Of a stretch of 64,000 nt of DNA, positions 14,659 through 29,209 are shown piece after piece (position 1 is the first letter of the stretch; each line of letters opens with the position of its first letter). This stretch comes from the human T2T-CHM13v2.0 reference genome, Homo sapiens: the NCBI RefSeq assembly GCF_009914755.1, contig NC_060932.1; one strand, written 5' to 3'. A model generated the notes under the pieces. It saw only the letters and a list, made by a program, of their open reading frames with translations, was not told the origin of the DNA and searched no databases. Both the position numbers and the translations under genes were made by a program.

Positions 14659-15587
14659 CACACTTATACCATAATGCAACATATGTGTTCCCCCAAACCA
14701 CCACACTATGCAGAATTGCACTTTACAAATCACAGGGCTTATGGGGAAAATGTTGTTAGGGACTCAACACTGGAAAAAAAAAGAGATAATAAAAGCAGTA
14801 GCATAGTTTTACATGTCACATATGGTTTAGAAATACACAAATAGTACAGTCAATGTGGTACTTTACCTTGCAGAAAGAAAGACCCGTTTGTTGGTGGAAC
14901 CAAATGTCAGAAGGGTTTCAGCTTGTGAGTTTCTGTGAAGTTGTGGAAAGTAGTTGAAATCAGATGAAAGTTGTAACACCAGGTGTGGACGGGTTTGGCT
15001 CTTAATGCATGACGTAAATTGAGGTAGCTGGCAGACATTTGAGATAAATGCATGTGTGTATTTTGTGTGTAGTCATGTGCCATGTAATGACGGGAATACG
15101 CTCTAAGAAATGCATTATTAGGCCATTTTGTCATTTGTGAACCTCATAGAGTGAACTCACACAAACCTAGATGGTATAGCCAACTACACACCTAGGCTGG
15201 GCGGTAGAGCCTATTGCTCCTAGGCTATAGACCTGTACAGCATGTTACTGTACTAAACACTGCAGGCAACTGTAACACAATGATAACTATTTGTGTGTCT
15301 AAACATATCTAAATATTTTAAAAGTACAGTCAAAATACAGTATCCTAATTGTAGGAGACCACCACAGTACACGTGGTCTGTCATTGACTGAAGTGCTGTT
15401 ATGTGGGGCATGACTGTTTTCCTATATGGCTCCGTTCAGTCGGATAAAGTTTTCTGTGCTCACCTACTGTTTCTCACTGATAAAGCTGGGCACAAGCAAA
15501 TGCAAGATTCATGGTATATTCAACTTGTTTTCTAATTTGTCAGTCACATTGGAACAGATTTTTCAAGCATTACAGCAGAACTGACAG
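14659..15587 (-). mobile_element. Ancient Tigger (Tigger13a-like) split by Tigger3a
   Basis: cacagggcttatggggaaaatg, gttgtaacaccaggtgtggac, terminal ttacagcagaactgac match the recalled consensus. Confidence 0.75.
15070..15416 (-). mobile_element. Tigger3a (MER7A)
   Basis: TIRs agtcatgtgcc... / ...ggcatgactg; internal cacaaacctagatggtatagcc...ctattgctcctaggcta; ~347 bp. Confidence 0.9.
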
Positions 15588-16029
15588 TGCTGTGTCTCAG
15601 AAGAAAGTTCATTGGGGTGGAAAGAGGGAGGAATTTGTCAGCTCTTCCATTTTGTGCCTCTTGCTGGTGTCACAAATCCCCCCCACCAGCACTACCTTGC
15701 CTTCACATTCAGGAGCCAGAGCTCTTGGGTCAATCAGGTAGAACCTGAGTGCAAAAGCTGCAGCAACTCCCGCAAGTATCGTGGGCGTCCGCTGGCCATG
15801 GAAGCCTGGTCTTCACCGAGGAGGAGGGGTGATGGAGGAAACTGGTAGAATCAGGAACATGTGGTGGAAATGCAGGGTGCAGTGGGCCAAGCAGACCTGT
15901 GGGAGCATGTGAGCCCGGTCCAGACCTGCCCTTTCAGGAGCCTTACACATCCAGCTTCCAGTCCTTCACAATTCTACTTAAGAACACCCCTTCAGAAGAT
16001 GGAGGCAAGCGCCATAAACAAGGTGGTAA

Positions 16030-16295
16030 CAACACTGCAGAACTCATCCATGGGGCTTTGGAATTTCAAAAAAATGGGAAGCCATTGGAGCCGGGGAGTG
16101 ATGTGATCTGATTTACATTTTTTAGATATTGTGCTGGGTCAGTGTAAAAAGATGGATTGTTGGAGAACTAAGGTCAAAGCAGAAGGCCAGGCAAGAGGTG
16201 ACGATGGCTTGGACCAGGGTTAGACAAGCAGGGCTGGTGAGACACAGTCAGATCCAGGATATATTTTTCAGGAAGAGCCAACAGGAGCTGCTGAT
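16030..16295 (+). mobile_element. L2 fragment
   Basis: aatgggaagccattggag...gatgtgatctgatttacatttt...gatggcttggaccagggt. Confidence 0.75.
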
Positions 16296-16700
16296 GAGTA
16301 AACCAGGTCGACTGGAAGAGCCAGTTGTGGCCTGTCAGAACTTCACTGGCGAGACCTTTCTGGCTCATGGAAGTCACTGGATTGCAGTCAGGAGACAGGC
16401 CTGACCTCAGCTAGCAGAATGATCTTTGGCAAGTCAGTAAAAGCTTAAACTCATCAAGATGTTGCATTTGTCATCTTCTGAGGGACCAGCCAGAGGCCAG
16501 TCTGCATGCATCAGCATTTGGTTGTGATCAAAGCAAACTCATCCAGCAAGAGTGAAATGCAGGGAGCCATCGGGACGGTGGACACCTTCACTCTGCCTTG
16601 TAAAGAAAAGGCCCTCCTAGAGCGTAGGAGTTTTCTTGGAGTTTTTGGGTGGCATGGAAAGTTCTCATCATAACAGCACTGACAATAACAAAATATTTAA

Positions 16701-16938
16701 CAGTGGTTCTCAGTAGTGGGTTGGGTGACAGTGAGGAATCAATTTTACCTCCAAGGGGACATTGGGCAACGTCTAGAGACATCTTTTTTTGTCACAATTT
16801 GAGGCAGCGTTGCTAGTGGCATCTAGTGGGTGAAGGATTTTAGCATGCACTAAGCCTTCTACACCACACATGACAGACCCCCCAACTAAGAGTTATCTGG
16901 CCCAAAATATCAGTTCTGCCAAGGTTGAGAGACCCTTG
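16701..16938 (+). mobile_element. MER20
   Basis: cagtggttctca...ggggacattgggcaacgtctagagaca...ttatctggcccaaaatatca...gccaaggttgagagaccct. Confidence 0.92.
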
Positions 16939-17209
16939 AGAATATCATAAACATTCAACATTGGAGGAATAGGTAATTCTTTTGAAGCCTCCTGCAAAAG
17001 CCCATAGTCTGTAGCCCTGGCTGTGTGGCCTAGTGGGCTCTGCTAGTGTCTAAGCCTGATCCAGACCTTTCTTCCTCTATATGTTTGGGAGGCATTCATG
17101 AAGAATTGAGTACACATATATATGGGTCAGGGTGTTTGAAAGGCTGCCAATTCAGGAAAAAAAAGAGAAAATTATACCAAAATGCCAATACAAGTTAGGT
17201 AATATGTGC

Positions 17210-17815
17210 TAAAAATTAGAAACAACCAGAATGCCCTTCAGTAGGTGAATGGATAAACAAACTGTGATACATCCATCCAGTGGGGTGTTATTCAGCCATA
17301 AAAAGAAATGAGCTATCAAGCCAAGAAAAGACACGGAGAAACCTTCAATGCATATTGCTAAGTGAAAGAAGCCAATCTAAAAAGGCTAGATACTGTATGA
17401 TTCTAACTATATAACATTCTGGCACAGGCAAAAATATGCAGACAGTAAAAAGATCAGTGTTGCCAGGAGTTCAGGGGGAGGTATGAATAGACAGCACAAA
17501 AGATTTTTAGGGCGGTGAAACTTCTATGTGATACTGTCATGGTAGATACAGGACACTATGCATTTGTCAAAACCCATAGAACTGGACAGCACAGGGGTGA
17601 ACGCTCATGTAAACCATGGACTTAAGTTAATAATAATGTATTCATATTGGTTCATCACTTGTAACAAACGTACCCCACCATGCCGGATATTCATAATAAA
17701 GGAAACCAGGAAAAGAAGGGGAGAGGGATTATACGGAACCCCTCTGTACTTCGTGTCTATTTTTTTCTGTAGACCTAAAACCACTCTAAAAATCAAAGCG
17801 TATTAATTTTTGTTT
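17210..17815 (+). mobile_element. L1MC (L1MC1/2-like) 3' end
   Basis: gaaatgagctatcaagcc...gctaagtgaaagaagccaatct...gtcaaaacccatagaact...cctaaaaccactctaaaaa. Confidence 0.88.
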
Positions 17816-18199
17816 AAAGTTAAGCAATGTGATATAACAGAATTAACAAAATTATTGTAATCATAATAGTGAACACTTAACTGAGTACTTCCAAAGAGAC
17901 AAACACATAATAGAAATTATTGCTGGAGAGGATATAACAGAAGAACTAAGAGGAAGGAACAGCTGTTCCCTAATGAGCACTTCCTGAGGTCCAAGCAGAC
18001 AAATATTTGAGCCTTTTGTATTTGGTCCACACCACTGCCCTACAAGCAAGGCCCTATTAGTATCTTTATTTTATAAGACAAGGAAATGGAGGCTCAGATA
18101 GGTTAAGGCATGTGCCCAGGGTCACAGAGCATCAGAGGCAGAATTTGAATCAGATCTAATTGACTGCAGGGCTTATGTACCTGACACGGTGCTCTGCCA

Positions 18200-18201
<2 letters not shown>

Positions 18202-18243
<42 letters not shown>
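18202..18243. repeat. (GT)21 microsatellite followed by a degenerate TG-rich tract to ~18365
   Basis: Perfect GT run. Confidence 0.98.
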
Positions 18244-18245
<2 letters not shown>

Positions 18246-18352
18246 ATGAGTGAGTTAGGAGTGTGGAAGTGGGTGTGAAGTGCATGAGTGGGAGTGTGGG
18301 GATGTGAGCACGTGTGAGTGTGTGACACAGATGGAGATGGAGTGGTGATTCA

Positions 18353-18791
<439 letters not shown>

Positions 18792-19612
18792 CTAAAAATT
18801 AGAAATAACCAAAGCAAAGAAAAGAAAATGGAAAACCGGAGGTAGTAGAAGGAGCCCCCGGAAAAGGGCAAGGAGCCGTGTGGCCTGGAGCTGCCTGGAA
18901 TTGCAGTCCTGGGCCTTGGGCTGAGAAAGGTTTTTCCAGGTGGTCCCTGTCTTGCTTCTCCCACCCTCGCGCCGCCCCCACCACCCCCATGTCTGAGTCT
19001 CTTCCTGTTGGTGTTGCCACCCTCTGCCGCGCTTGCCGGCCAGGGCTCATCAGGGGACAGTGTGCAGCATGACCCAGGCTGACCAGTGTTTGCGTTGGGC
19101 TCTGGCCAGTCGGAGAGCTGTACTGCAGCCAGCCTCCTGCCGTGGGTGGTCCTGGATTACTTCTCTCACCCCAGGTTGTTCCGAGGGTTCCAAGCCACAC
19201 AGCAGGAGCCCCCTCTCTACCCCTTCTCCAGGGGTATTCCCTTTTTAAAAGGGACTAAGAGGACCAGGCAGCAGTCATCTCATTCTTCAGTGGGGCCAAG
19301 CAACTCGGGATCCACAGAGCTGCCTCTGCCTCTGAAAATGCAGACAGAGCCTGCAGAGTTCAGAGTCCAGAAACACAGAAACGGCCCTTGATTTTTTTTT
19401 TTGTTTTTCTTTTTTTAAAATTATTTTAATGGACACATAATTATTGTACATATTTATGGGGCACAGAGTGATATTTCTATATATGTATACAATATGTAAG
19501 AATCAAGTCAGGGTAATTAGCATATTCATCACTTCAAACATGTACATTTCTTTCCGTTAGGAAGATTCAAAATCCTCTCTGCTAGCTATTCAAAAATATA
19601 CAAACAATTATT

Positions 19613-19931
19613 GGGGTTTCTTTGTTTTTTGTTTTTTTGTTTTTTTGGCGATGGAGTTTCACTCCCATTGCCCAGGCTGGAGTGCAGTGGTGCGATCTTG
19701 GCTCACTGCAACCTCCGCCTCCCGGGTTCAAAACGATTCTCCTGCCTCAGTCTCCTGAGTAGCTGGGATTACAGGTATACGCTGCCACATCTGGCTAATT
19801 TTTGTATTCTTAATAGAGACAGGGTTTCACCATGTTGGTCAGTCTGGTCTCGAACTCCTGACCTCAGGTAATCTGCCCTCCTCGGCCTCCCAAAGTGCTG
19901 GGATTATAGGCGTGAGCCACCGCGCACAGCC
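19613..19931 (-). mobile_element. AluS nested in L1MA
   Basis: TSD acaaacaattatt / acaaagaattatt. Confidence 0.96.
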
Positions 19932-20796
19932 ACAAAGAATTATTGTTAACGGTAATCACTCTACAGTGCTGTAGAACACTAGAACTTAGTCCTCCTATCT
20001 AGCTATGATTTTGTCTCCATTTACCAGCCTCTCCCTATCCCCTCTTTTCTACCCTTCCCAACCTATAGTAACCACTCTTCTACTCTCTACTTGTATGAGA
20101 TGAACTTTATTAGCTCCCACATATGAACAAAAACATGCAGTATTTATCTTTCTGTGTCTGACTTATTTCACTTAACATAATGTTCCCAGTTTCATCCATG
20201 TTGCTACAAATGACAAGATTTCATTCTTTTTCACGACTGAATAGTATTTTTGATACACATTTTTTTCTTTATCTGTTGATGGACATTTAGTTTGATTTCA
20301 TATCTCAGCTATTGTGAATAGTGCTGCAATAAACATGGGAGTGCAGATATCTCTTCAACATACTGATTTTGTTTCCTTTGGATATATACCCAGTAGTGGG
20401 ATTGCTAGATTATATGGTAGTTCTATTTTTAGCTTTTTGAGGAACTTCTATACTATTTTCCATAGAGGCTGTACTAATTTACATTCCTACCAACAGTGTA
20501 CAAGGGTTCCCATTTCCCTGCATCCTCACCAGCATTTGTTATTTTTTGTCTTTTTGATAATAGCCATTCTAACTAGGGTGAGGTGATTTCTCATTATGGT
20601 TTCGATTTGCATTTCCCTAATGATTCACGATGTTGAGCATTTTTTCCATATACTTCTTGGCCATATGAATATCTTCTTTTGTGAAATGTTGATTCAGATC
20701 AACTGCCCATTTTTTAATTGGATTTTTATTTTTTGCTGTTGAATTTCTTGTATATGCTCAATATAAATCCCTTGTTGGATGAATAGTTTGCAAACA

Positions 20797-21043
20797 TAGT
20801 TGACCCTTGAACAACACGGGTTTGAACTGTGTGGGTCTACCTATTCACGGATTTTTCTTTCAACCAAATAAAAACAGAAAATACAGTATTCACAGGATGC
20901 AAAACCTGCATATTCCAAGGGCCAACTTTTCATATAGTAGGGTTTGCAGGACTCAAATATATGCAGATTTTGGTATAGATGATGGAGGTTGGGGGATGGG
21001 GGGATCCTGGAATCAATCACCTGCATATACCATGAGAGGACTG
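20797..21043. mobile_element. MER8 (Tigger-family MITE) nested in L1MA
   Basis: agttgacccttgaacaacacgggtttgaactg...gatcctggaatcaatc...gactg followed by TA. Confidence 0.9.
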
Positions 21044-22416
21044 TATTTCCTCCCATTCTGAAGGCTGTTACTTCACTCTGATGGTTTCCTTTACTATGCA
21101 GAAACTTTTTAGTTTGATATAATCCTGCTTGTTTTGCTTTTGATGTCTGTGCTTTTGAGGTCTTATCCATAAACTTTTTGGCTAGACCAATCCTGAAACA
21201 TTTCTCCTCTGATTTTTTCTAGTAGTTTTATAGTTTGGGGTCTTACATTTGTATCTTAAATCCACTTTGAGTTGATTTTTATATACAGTGAGAGATAGGG
21301 ATCTAGTTTCATTCTTCTGTGCGTGGATATTCAGTTTTCCCAGCGCCATTTATTGAAGAGACTATCATTTTCCTGATGTAGGTTCTTGGTGCCTTTGTCG
21401 AAAATAAGCTGGCTATAAATACATGGATTTATTTCTGGGTTCTGTATTCTGTTTCATTGGTCTATATGTCTTTTATAATGCCCATACCATACTGTTTTGT
21501 TAACTATAGCTTTGTGGCATATTTTGAAGTCAAGTAGTGTGTTATCTCCAGTTTTGTTCTTTTTGCTTTAGGATTGCTTTTGCTACATGGGGTCTTTTGT
21601 GATTCCATATGAATTTTAGGATTTTTTTCTATTTCTGTGAAGAGTGTCATTGGTATTTTGAAAGAGGTTGAATTGAATCTGTAGATGTCTTTATATAGTA
21701 TGGTCATTTTAACAATACTAATTCTTCTAATCCATGAATATGAAATCTCTTTCCTTTGTTGTGTATGTCTTCTTCAATTTCTTTCATTAGTGTTCTATTG
21801 TTTTCATTGTACAGATCTTTCACATCCTTGGTTAAATTTATTCCTAGGTATTTTATTCTTGTAGCTATTGTAAATGGAATTGCTTCTTGAGTTCTTTTTC
21901 AGCCAGTTCGTTATTGGTATATGGAAACACTACTTTTTATTTTATATGTTGATTTTGCATCCTTCAACTTTACTAAATTCATTTGTCATTTCTAAGAGTT
22001 TTTTAGTGGAGCCTAGCTTTTTCTATATGATAAGATCATGTCATCTTCAAACACTGATGATTTTACATCCTCCTTTCCCATATGCAAATCATATGCTTGT
22101 ATTTTGTTGAGAATTTTTGCATCCATGTTCACCAGGTATATTGGCCTGTAGTTTTCTTGTTGTTGTATCCTTGTCTGGTTTTGGTATCAGGGTAATGCTG
22201 GCCTCATAGAATGAGTTTAGAAGAATTCTCTCTGCTTTAATTTTTTGGACTAGTTTGAGAAGAATTGGTGTTAGTTCTTCTTTAACAGTTTTGTAGAATT
22301 CAGCAATGAAACCATTGGTCCTAGGCTTTTCTTTGTTGGGAGACTTTTTATTTTTGATTTAATCTTCATTATTGATCTATTCAAGTTTTCTATTTCTTCC
22401 TGGTTCAATCTTGGTA

Positions 22417-22419
<3 letters not shown>

Positions 22420-22470
<51 letters not shown>
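22420..22470. repeat. (TG)25 microsatellite inside L1
   Basis: Perfect TG run. Confidence 0.98.
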
Positions 22471-22472
<2 letters not shown>

Positions 22473-23587
22473 TGTCTTTTAGTCTAGCTAATGGTTTGTT
22501 GATTTTGTTTACCTTTGCAAAAAGCCAACTTTTCATCTTTTGTATTGTTTTCTAATCTCTGTTTTGTTTATTTCTGCTCTGATCTTTATTATTTCTTTCC
22601 TTCTACTAATTTTGGGTTTGATTTGTTCTTGATTTTCTAGATCCTTGAGGTGTATCATTAGATTGTTTATTTGAAATTGTTCTACTTTTTAGATGTAGGT
22701 GTTTATTGCTGTAAACTTCCCTCCTAGTACTGCTTTTGCTGTATCCCATAGGTTTTGGTATGTTGTGTTTATGTTTTCATTTGGCTCAAGAAATGTGTCA
22801 ATTTCTTTCTTAACCTCTTCATTGAACCAGTGGTCATTTAGGAACATGTAGTTTAATTTCCATGTATTTGTTCAGTTTCCAAAGTTTTTGTGGTTGATTT
22901 CTAGTTTTATTCCATTGTGGTGTGAGAACATACTTGATATGATTTTGATTTTTAAACTTATCGAGAGTTGTTTTGTGGCCTAATGTATGGTCTATCCTGG
23001 AGAATGTTCCATGTGCTAATGAAAAGAAAGTGTATTCTGCAGCTGTTGGATGAAATGTTCCGTAAATGTCCGCTAGGTCTATTTAGTCTATAGTGTAGTT
23101 TAAATAGGATACTGGTTTGGTGATTTTCTGCCTAGATGGTCTGTCCAATGCTGACAGTGTGGTGTTGCAGTCCTCAGCTATTATTATATTGGGGTCTCTC
23201 TCTCTCCCTTTAGGTCTAGCAATGTATGCTTTTTATATCCGGGTGTTCCTGTGCTGAGTGCATATATATTTACAATCATTGTATCACTTTGCTGAATTGA
23301 TCCATTTATCACTATATAATGACCTTCTTTGTCTCTTTTTTTACTTTTTGGCTTAAAGTCTATTTTATCTAATATAAGTATAGCTACTGCTGCTTGTTTC
23401 AGATTCTGTTTGCATGGAATATCTTTTTCTAGTCCTCTATTTTCTGTCTATGTGCGTCTTTACAAAGTAAGTGAGTTTCTTATAGGCAGCATATAGTTGG
23501 GTCTTGTGTTTAACTCATTAAGCCAGTGTATTTTTTTAAATTGGAAATTTTAATCCATTTACATTCAAGGTTATTATTGATAAGTGA

Positions 23588-24128
<541 letters not shown>

Positions 24129-25621
24129 CAAGCATGTCTTATAAGGCCAGTCTAGTGATGATGATTTCCCTCATTTTTTGCTTATCTGGGGAAAACTTTA
24201 TTTCTCCTTTATTTCTGAAGGATAGCTTTGCTGGCTATGATATTCTTGAGTAGTTGGTTTTTGTTTTGTTTTTTTTCTTTCAGCACTTTGATTACATAAT
24301 CTCATTCTCTCCTGCTCTGTGAGGTTTTGGCTGAAAAATATGGTGTTAGTCTAATGCGAATTCTCTTATATGTGAGTTGATGCTTTTTTATAATTCTTTG
24401 TCTTTGACATTTGACAGTTTGACTATAGTGTGCCTCTGAAAGTACCTGTTAGGCTGAATGTACTAGAGAACCTTTGAAATTCCTAGATCTGGATGTCTAA
24501 ATCTCTCCCAAGACTTGGGAAGTTTTCATCTATTATTTCATTAAATAGGTTTTCTGTGCCTTTTTCCATCTCTTCTCCCTCTGGAACCCTATACTGTGAA
24601 TATTTCACTTTATAGTATCCTATAGGCCCTGTAGGCTTTTTTCATACTTTTTTTATTCTTTATTTTTTAAAAAAACGAAAAGTTTGACTGGGTTATTTCA
24701 AAGACCTGTTTTAAGTTTAGAAATTCTTTTTTCTACTTGATCTAGTCTATTGTTGAGGCTTTCAATTGTAATTTTTACTTTCTTCATTGAATCCTTTAGC
24801 CCCAAGATTTCTGTTTGGCTCTTTTTATATCTCTTTGTTGACTTTCTCATTGAGATCATGAATTATTTTCCTGATTTCACTGAATTGTCTATCTGTATTC
24901 TTTGTATCTTGCTGAATTTCTTTAAGATCATTATTTTGTATTTCTCTTCAGACATTTTGTAGATTTCCTCTTCTTTGGGATCTGTTACTGGAAAATTATT
25001 GTTTTCCTTTAAAGGTGTTGTGTTTCCTTGTTTTTTCTTATTTCTGTGTCCCTATATTGATATCTGTGCATCTGGTGGGACAGTTGCCTCTTCCAATTTT
25101 ATATTCATAGGCAAAGACTTTTTCCTGTAGATGTGTCCTATAGCGTTGGCTGGGTAGGTGCTTTGGCTTTGGTGGTAGGTGGATGCAGCAGTGTAGTCTC
25201 CATGTGATTTCTTTGGCTGTAATCAGTGTAAGAAGTGCCTACAAGTGCTTTAGTGGCCTAGGCTGCAGGTTTTTGTGGAGACAGTGGCATGGCCCTTCTG
25301 GGGGCAGGGGATGCCAGGCAGGCTGATGCTTGGGCTGTGGCGGTTATGCACTAGGTGCTAGGCAATGCCAGTTGAGAAGGGAGGACACTGGCCTTTTCTC
25401 CTTTGAAGGTGCTAGAATAAATTACCCTGTACCACCCAGTTTCCCAAGGGCTTCTGGCCAGGTCACTCTGTATGAAACCATGAAATAAAGATCCAGCTGC
25501 CCTGCCTGACATTTTCACATCCTTTATAAGGTGACACCATGCATGGAAAAGAAGGCAGCCATTCATCCTCTCTTTAGCCATTTTTCTGATTCTGCTTTGT
25601 CATTTAAAAAAATCCATCTTA

Positions 25622-25951
25622 TGAGTTCATGTCCTTTGTAGGGACATGGATGAAGCTGGAAACCATCATTCTCAGCAAACTATCACAAGGACAAAAAACC
25701 AAACACTGCATGTTCTCACTCACAGGTGGGAATTGAACAATGAGAACACATGGACACAGGAAAGGGAACATCATACACCAGAGCCTGTTATGGGGTGCGG
25801 GGAGCGGGGAGGGATAGCATTAGGAGATATACCTAATGTTAAATGACGAGTTAATGGTTGCAGCACACCAACATGGCACATGTATATATATGTAACAAAC
25901 CTGTACATTGTGCACATGTACCCTAAAACTTAAAGTACAATAAAAAATTTA
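25622..25951 (+). mobile_element. 5'-truncated L1PA (L1PA3-like) 3' end
   Basis: tgagttcatgtcctttgtagggacatgg...aatgttaaatgacgag...ccctaaaacttaaagta; TSD aaaaaaatccatctta at 25606-25621 and 25952-25967. Confidence 0.96.
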
Positions 25952-28900
25952 AAAAAAATCCATCTTAGTATCTTGACCCCCACCCTTCACCCACTCACAG
26001 AGAAGCCCACATGAGGAAACAGGTTATGTCTTGGACATCTCTGTCCCCCTCAGTGTCTGGTATAGTGACTGACACACAGCATGTTCTCAAGAAATGTTTG
26101 AATCACAGTACATTGAATCAGTAACAGTCTGACTGACCCCCAGGCAGAAAATGCAGAGGCATTTTTTCTCTCTATTCCAGATTTCAGCTGTAGCCTCTTG
26201 TAATTCTCATATTGTTTTTCAATCACCAGAATTGATTTCCCTCATCCCTCTCCCCAGGGTCATCTCCAGTGAACTGTATTAAATTGCAATTAATGTTGAC
26301 ATTTGTTTTCCTCTTGCTCTCTCCCTTCTTTAAAGGGGGCACACGGGTGGTAGAAAATTGAAGAGCCAATAGTAATCACATCATAGGGGAGGTGTGAGCA
26401 TTGGCAAGGGCATTTGCAATTAAATTAGGTGACACTTTTGCCAGTGGAGAAATGCACTTTCTGAGAAAGGAACACCAAGTGGGTGTTACTGGCTTAAGGC
26501 AAGCTGGCTTCTCTTCAGATGAGCTGCCAGGAGATGCTACTGCATGGCACAGGAAGAACGTGTGACCACTAGGATTATTTCCAGCATAATTGGCTTTGCA
26601 TGGCTGAAGTTTTAGCAATGAATTTCTATAAGCCCTTTTAAAATTGGAATTCATAAACAAGTCTCTGTGCTCTCACCCTGTGGCACTTTTTTCTGCTCTT
26701 TTTGTTGTTTCATTGTTCTTCTCACTGCTACCTAGCTAGCATCCTGGTGTCATGGAAGTGGACCAGATATTTTCACACCCATTATATTCTAGATGCTGTG
26801 TTAAGATGCAGGACAACAAGGTAGATGTCATCCTTGCTCTTTAGACATCTGCAGTCTAAGACCCAGGCAATTTGGATATGGTGTGGGGAAAAAAAAAAAA
26901 AAAGCTCTCGCCAAGATAAGCATAGAAGAGAGGCATATTCTGCTATTGAACCATCAGAACCATGCAAAAAATCTCCCATTAGATTCTAGTACCCCCAGCC
27001 CTCCCACCTGCCAACCCAGACCCTTCCCAAAGAATAAGCTTTATTAAGAGTTTCAATCAGCTCACTCTTATTTTTTTTCTTTCTTGCAATCAGTGATTCA
27101 TCAGCCTGCAATTCATTAGGATTACCATTATTGTTGATAATAGCACAGCTGGGCACTCTGTCTCAGCTAGGAGCTCTCTGCTGACAGGAGGGGCTGATGG
27201 CAAATGCAGAGGTGGGGAGTCCATCCTGCCTGAAGCTGGAATGCCTCAGAGGTGGAGGACTAAAAGAGGCCAAAGGAACCAACAGTCTAGATCCAAAGTC
27301 CCAAGTCCCATTGCTCTTCTGTTCTCCCTGGGCTGACTCTAGACCTTCCTATAGTTCCTTACTAGGACTCTTTTTTTTTTTTTTCTTAAGGGCATATTGT
27401 TTTTAAAAGGGATGAGCTCTTCTCTAGGAATTATTTTACTCCCTGCCCTCTTCTCCAGTTTGCTCCTGCAGAAAAATGAGCAAAGCAATACGTATTTCAT
27501 GGAATTCTTGGGATGATGCAGCAGGATAATGAACATAAAAGCCTATGACACAATGATGGAAGTAACTGGCATTTTTGAGCGTCAGTTCTATGTTATGCAT
27601 TGTGTATACCATATCTTATAAAATCTCTACAGAAACACTGTGAAGTAATTTTCATTTACATTTATTTATTCTTAAAAATATATTTATTGAGCATCTATTA
27701 CATGTTCAATATGATGCAACATGCTAAGGCTCCAGCCATGAGCAAAACAGTTTTTCTCCTGACAAGGAACTTACATACTAGAAGCTGCTGTTATACCATT
27801 TAATAGACTAGGATACCAGGGTTCAGACACATTAAGTCACATAGCCACCTGTCTGGCTCTGAAGCCAGTCCCTGCTCTGCTGCCCTCTACCTCCCTGTGT
27901 TCCTGGTCTAAGCACAGTACTAGGTATGAAGGGAGCTTTGTAAATGTCTGAAGCTTTCTCAACCCTTGCTTGGTTGTGCTTAAACTTGGATATATGTCAT
28001 CAGGGAAAGAACAGTGTCTGGGAATTAGATGAGAAATGTAGATGATGTGTCCAAACTCAGAAAAGTTGTTTAACTTTCAACAGCCTTAGTTCCTGTGGCC
28101 GTGAAATGGGGATAAATATACTATTAATACTTAAGGTTATGATGGATTTCCAGATACCTAGGGTATGGGAATGCACTTTAGAAACTGATGTCCTGAGCCT
28201 GAATGAGTTTTTCCTTGGCAACTTGATAGACCCTTGGTGTCTTGGGAGCCTGCTCAAATAGGAGCCTGGGCTTCCCCTGGCACTGAGCACTGGAGTCACT
28301 TCCAGATCATGAGAGGCAAAACAGCATGGTAGCTATGAACCATGTTAAAATTCCGGTGTCTCACACTTGCTAGTTATGTTACTAACCTCACTGTGCCTCA
28401 GTTTTGTCACCTATTAAATGGAAAGAAAAATAGTACCTACCTCATTGGGTTACCAGAATGAAATGATCTTTGGGGGATAACAGTAACCACCATGAGTTAG
28501 TGCTTTTGAGCACCATAGTTTCATTCTTAAGTTTCATTCAAAACCCTGCAATTCTAAGACATCACTGATGATTACATTTTTTTTGGTGTGAAAGTCAAGT
28601 CTAATTGTTTCTGGAGAACATTGTGTCCCACTGTTTGGTTTTGGATTTATCCCTTGCAGACTGAGAGGTTTTTGTTTTGTCTGTTTATCTTCTTAATGTA
28701 GTGTTTAGAAATTTAATGGAGCAATTTAGTTTCCATTTACTGAAGTAGATTATCAAAGGAAACAGGAACACTAAAGACTAGGTTAGCATCCCAGAGTATT
28801 GCCTCACATATGATGTGATTTTTCATGTTTTCCTGACAAAAAAAAAAAAAGAATGAGAGTTTCTATTTCCTTAAGCTGGTTCATGGCAAAGCCTCTTGCC

Positions 28901-29209
28901 TCTTGCCTCATGCCCAGTCAACTCTCTGGGTAACCAGATGGTTGGAAGTGGGGCTAAGAGGGTCACACAGGGACAAATCCCCACCCAGCGTGTCAGGACA
29001 GCTTTGTTCTTCTTGCCAGATGTGGTGGCCTAGATCGCTGAAAGCCCACATTTTTGGCTTAGAGGCCTCAAGCAGTATTGTTCAACTGGGAAACCAAAAT
29101 TCATGAAGAGAAATCATGGTGGTCCGCTCCATTCGAGTGAATGAAACACTTCAGGACATTAAAATGGAAATCAGCAAGGTATGCTGACTGATTTGTCCAC
29201 ACCGTGAAA

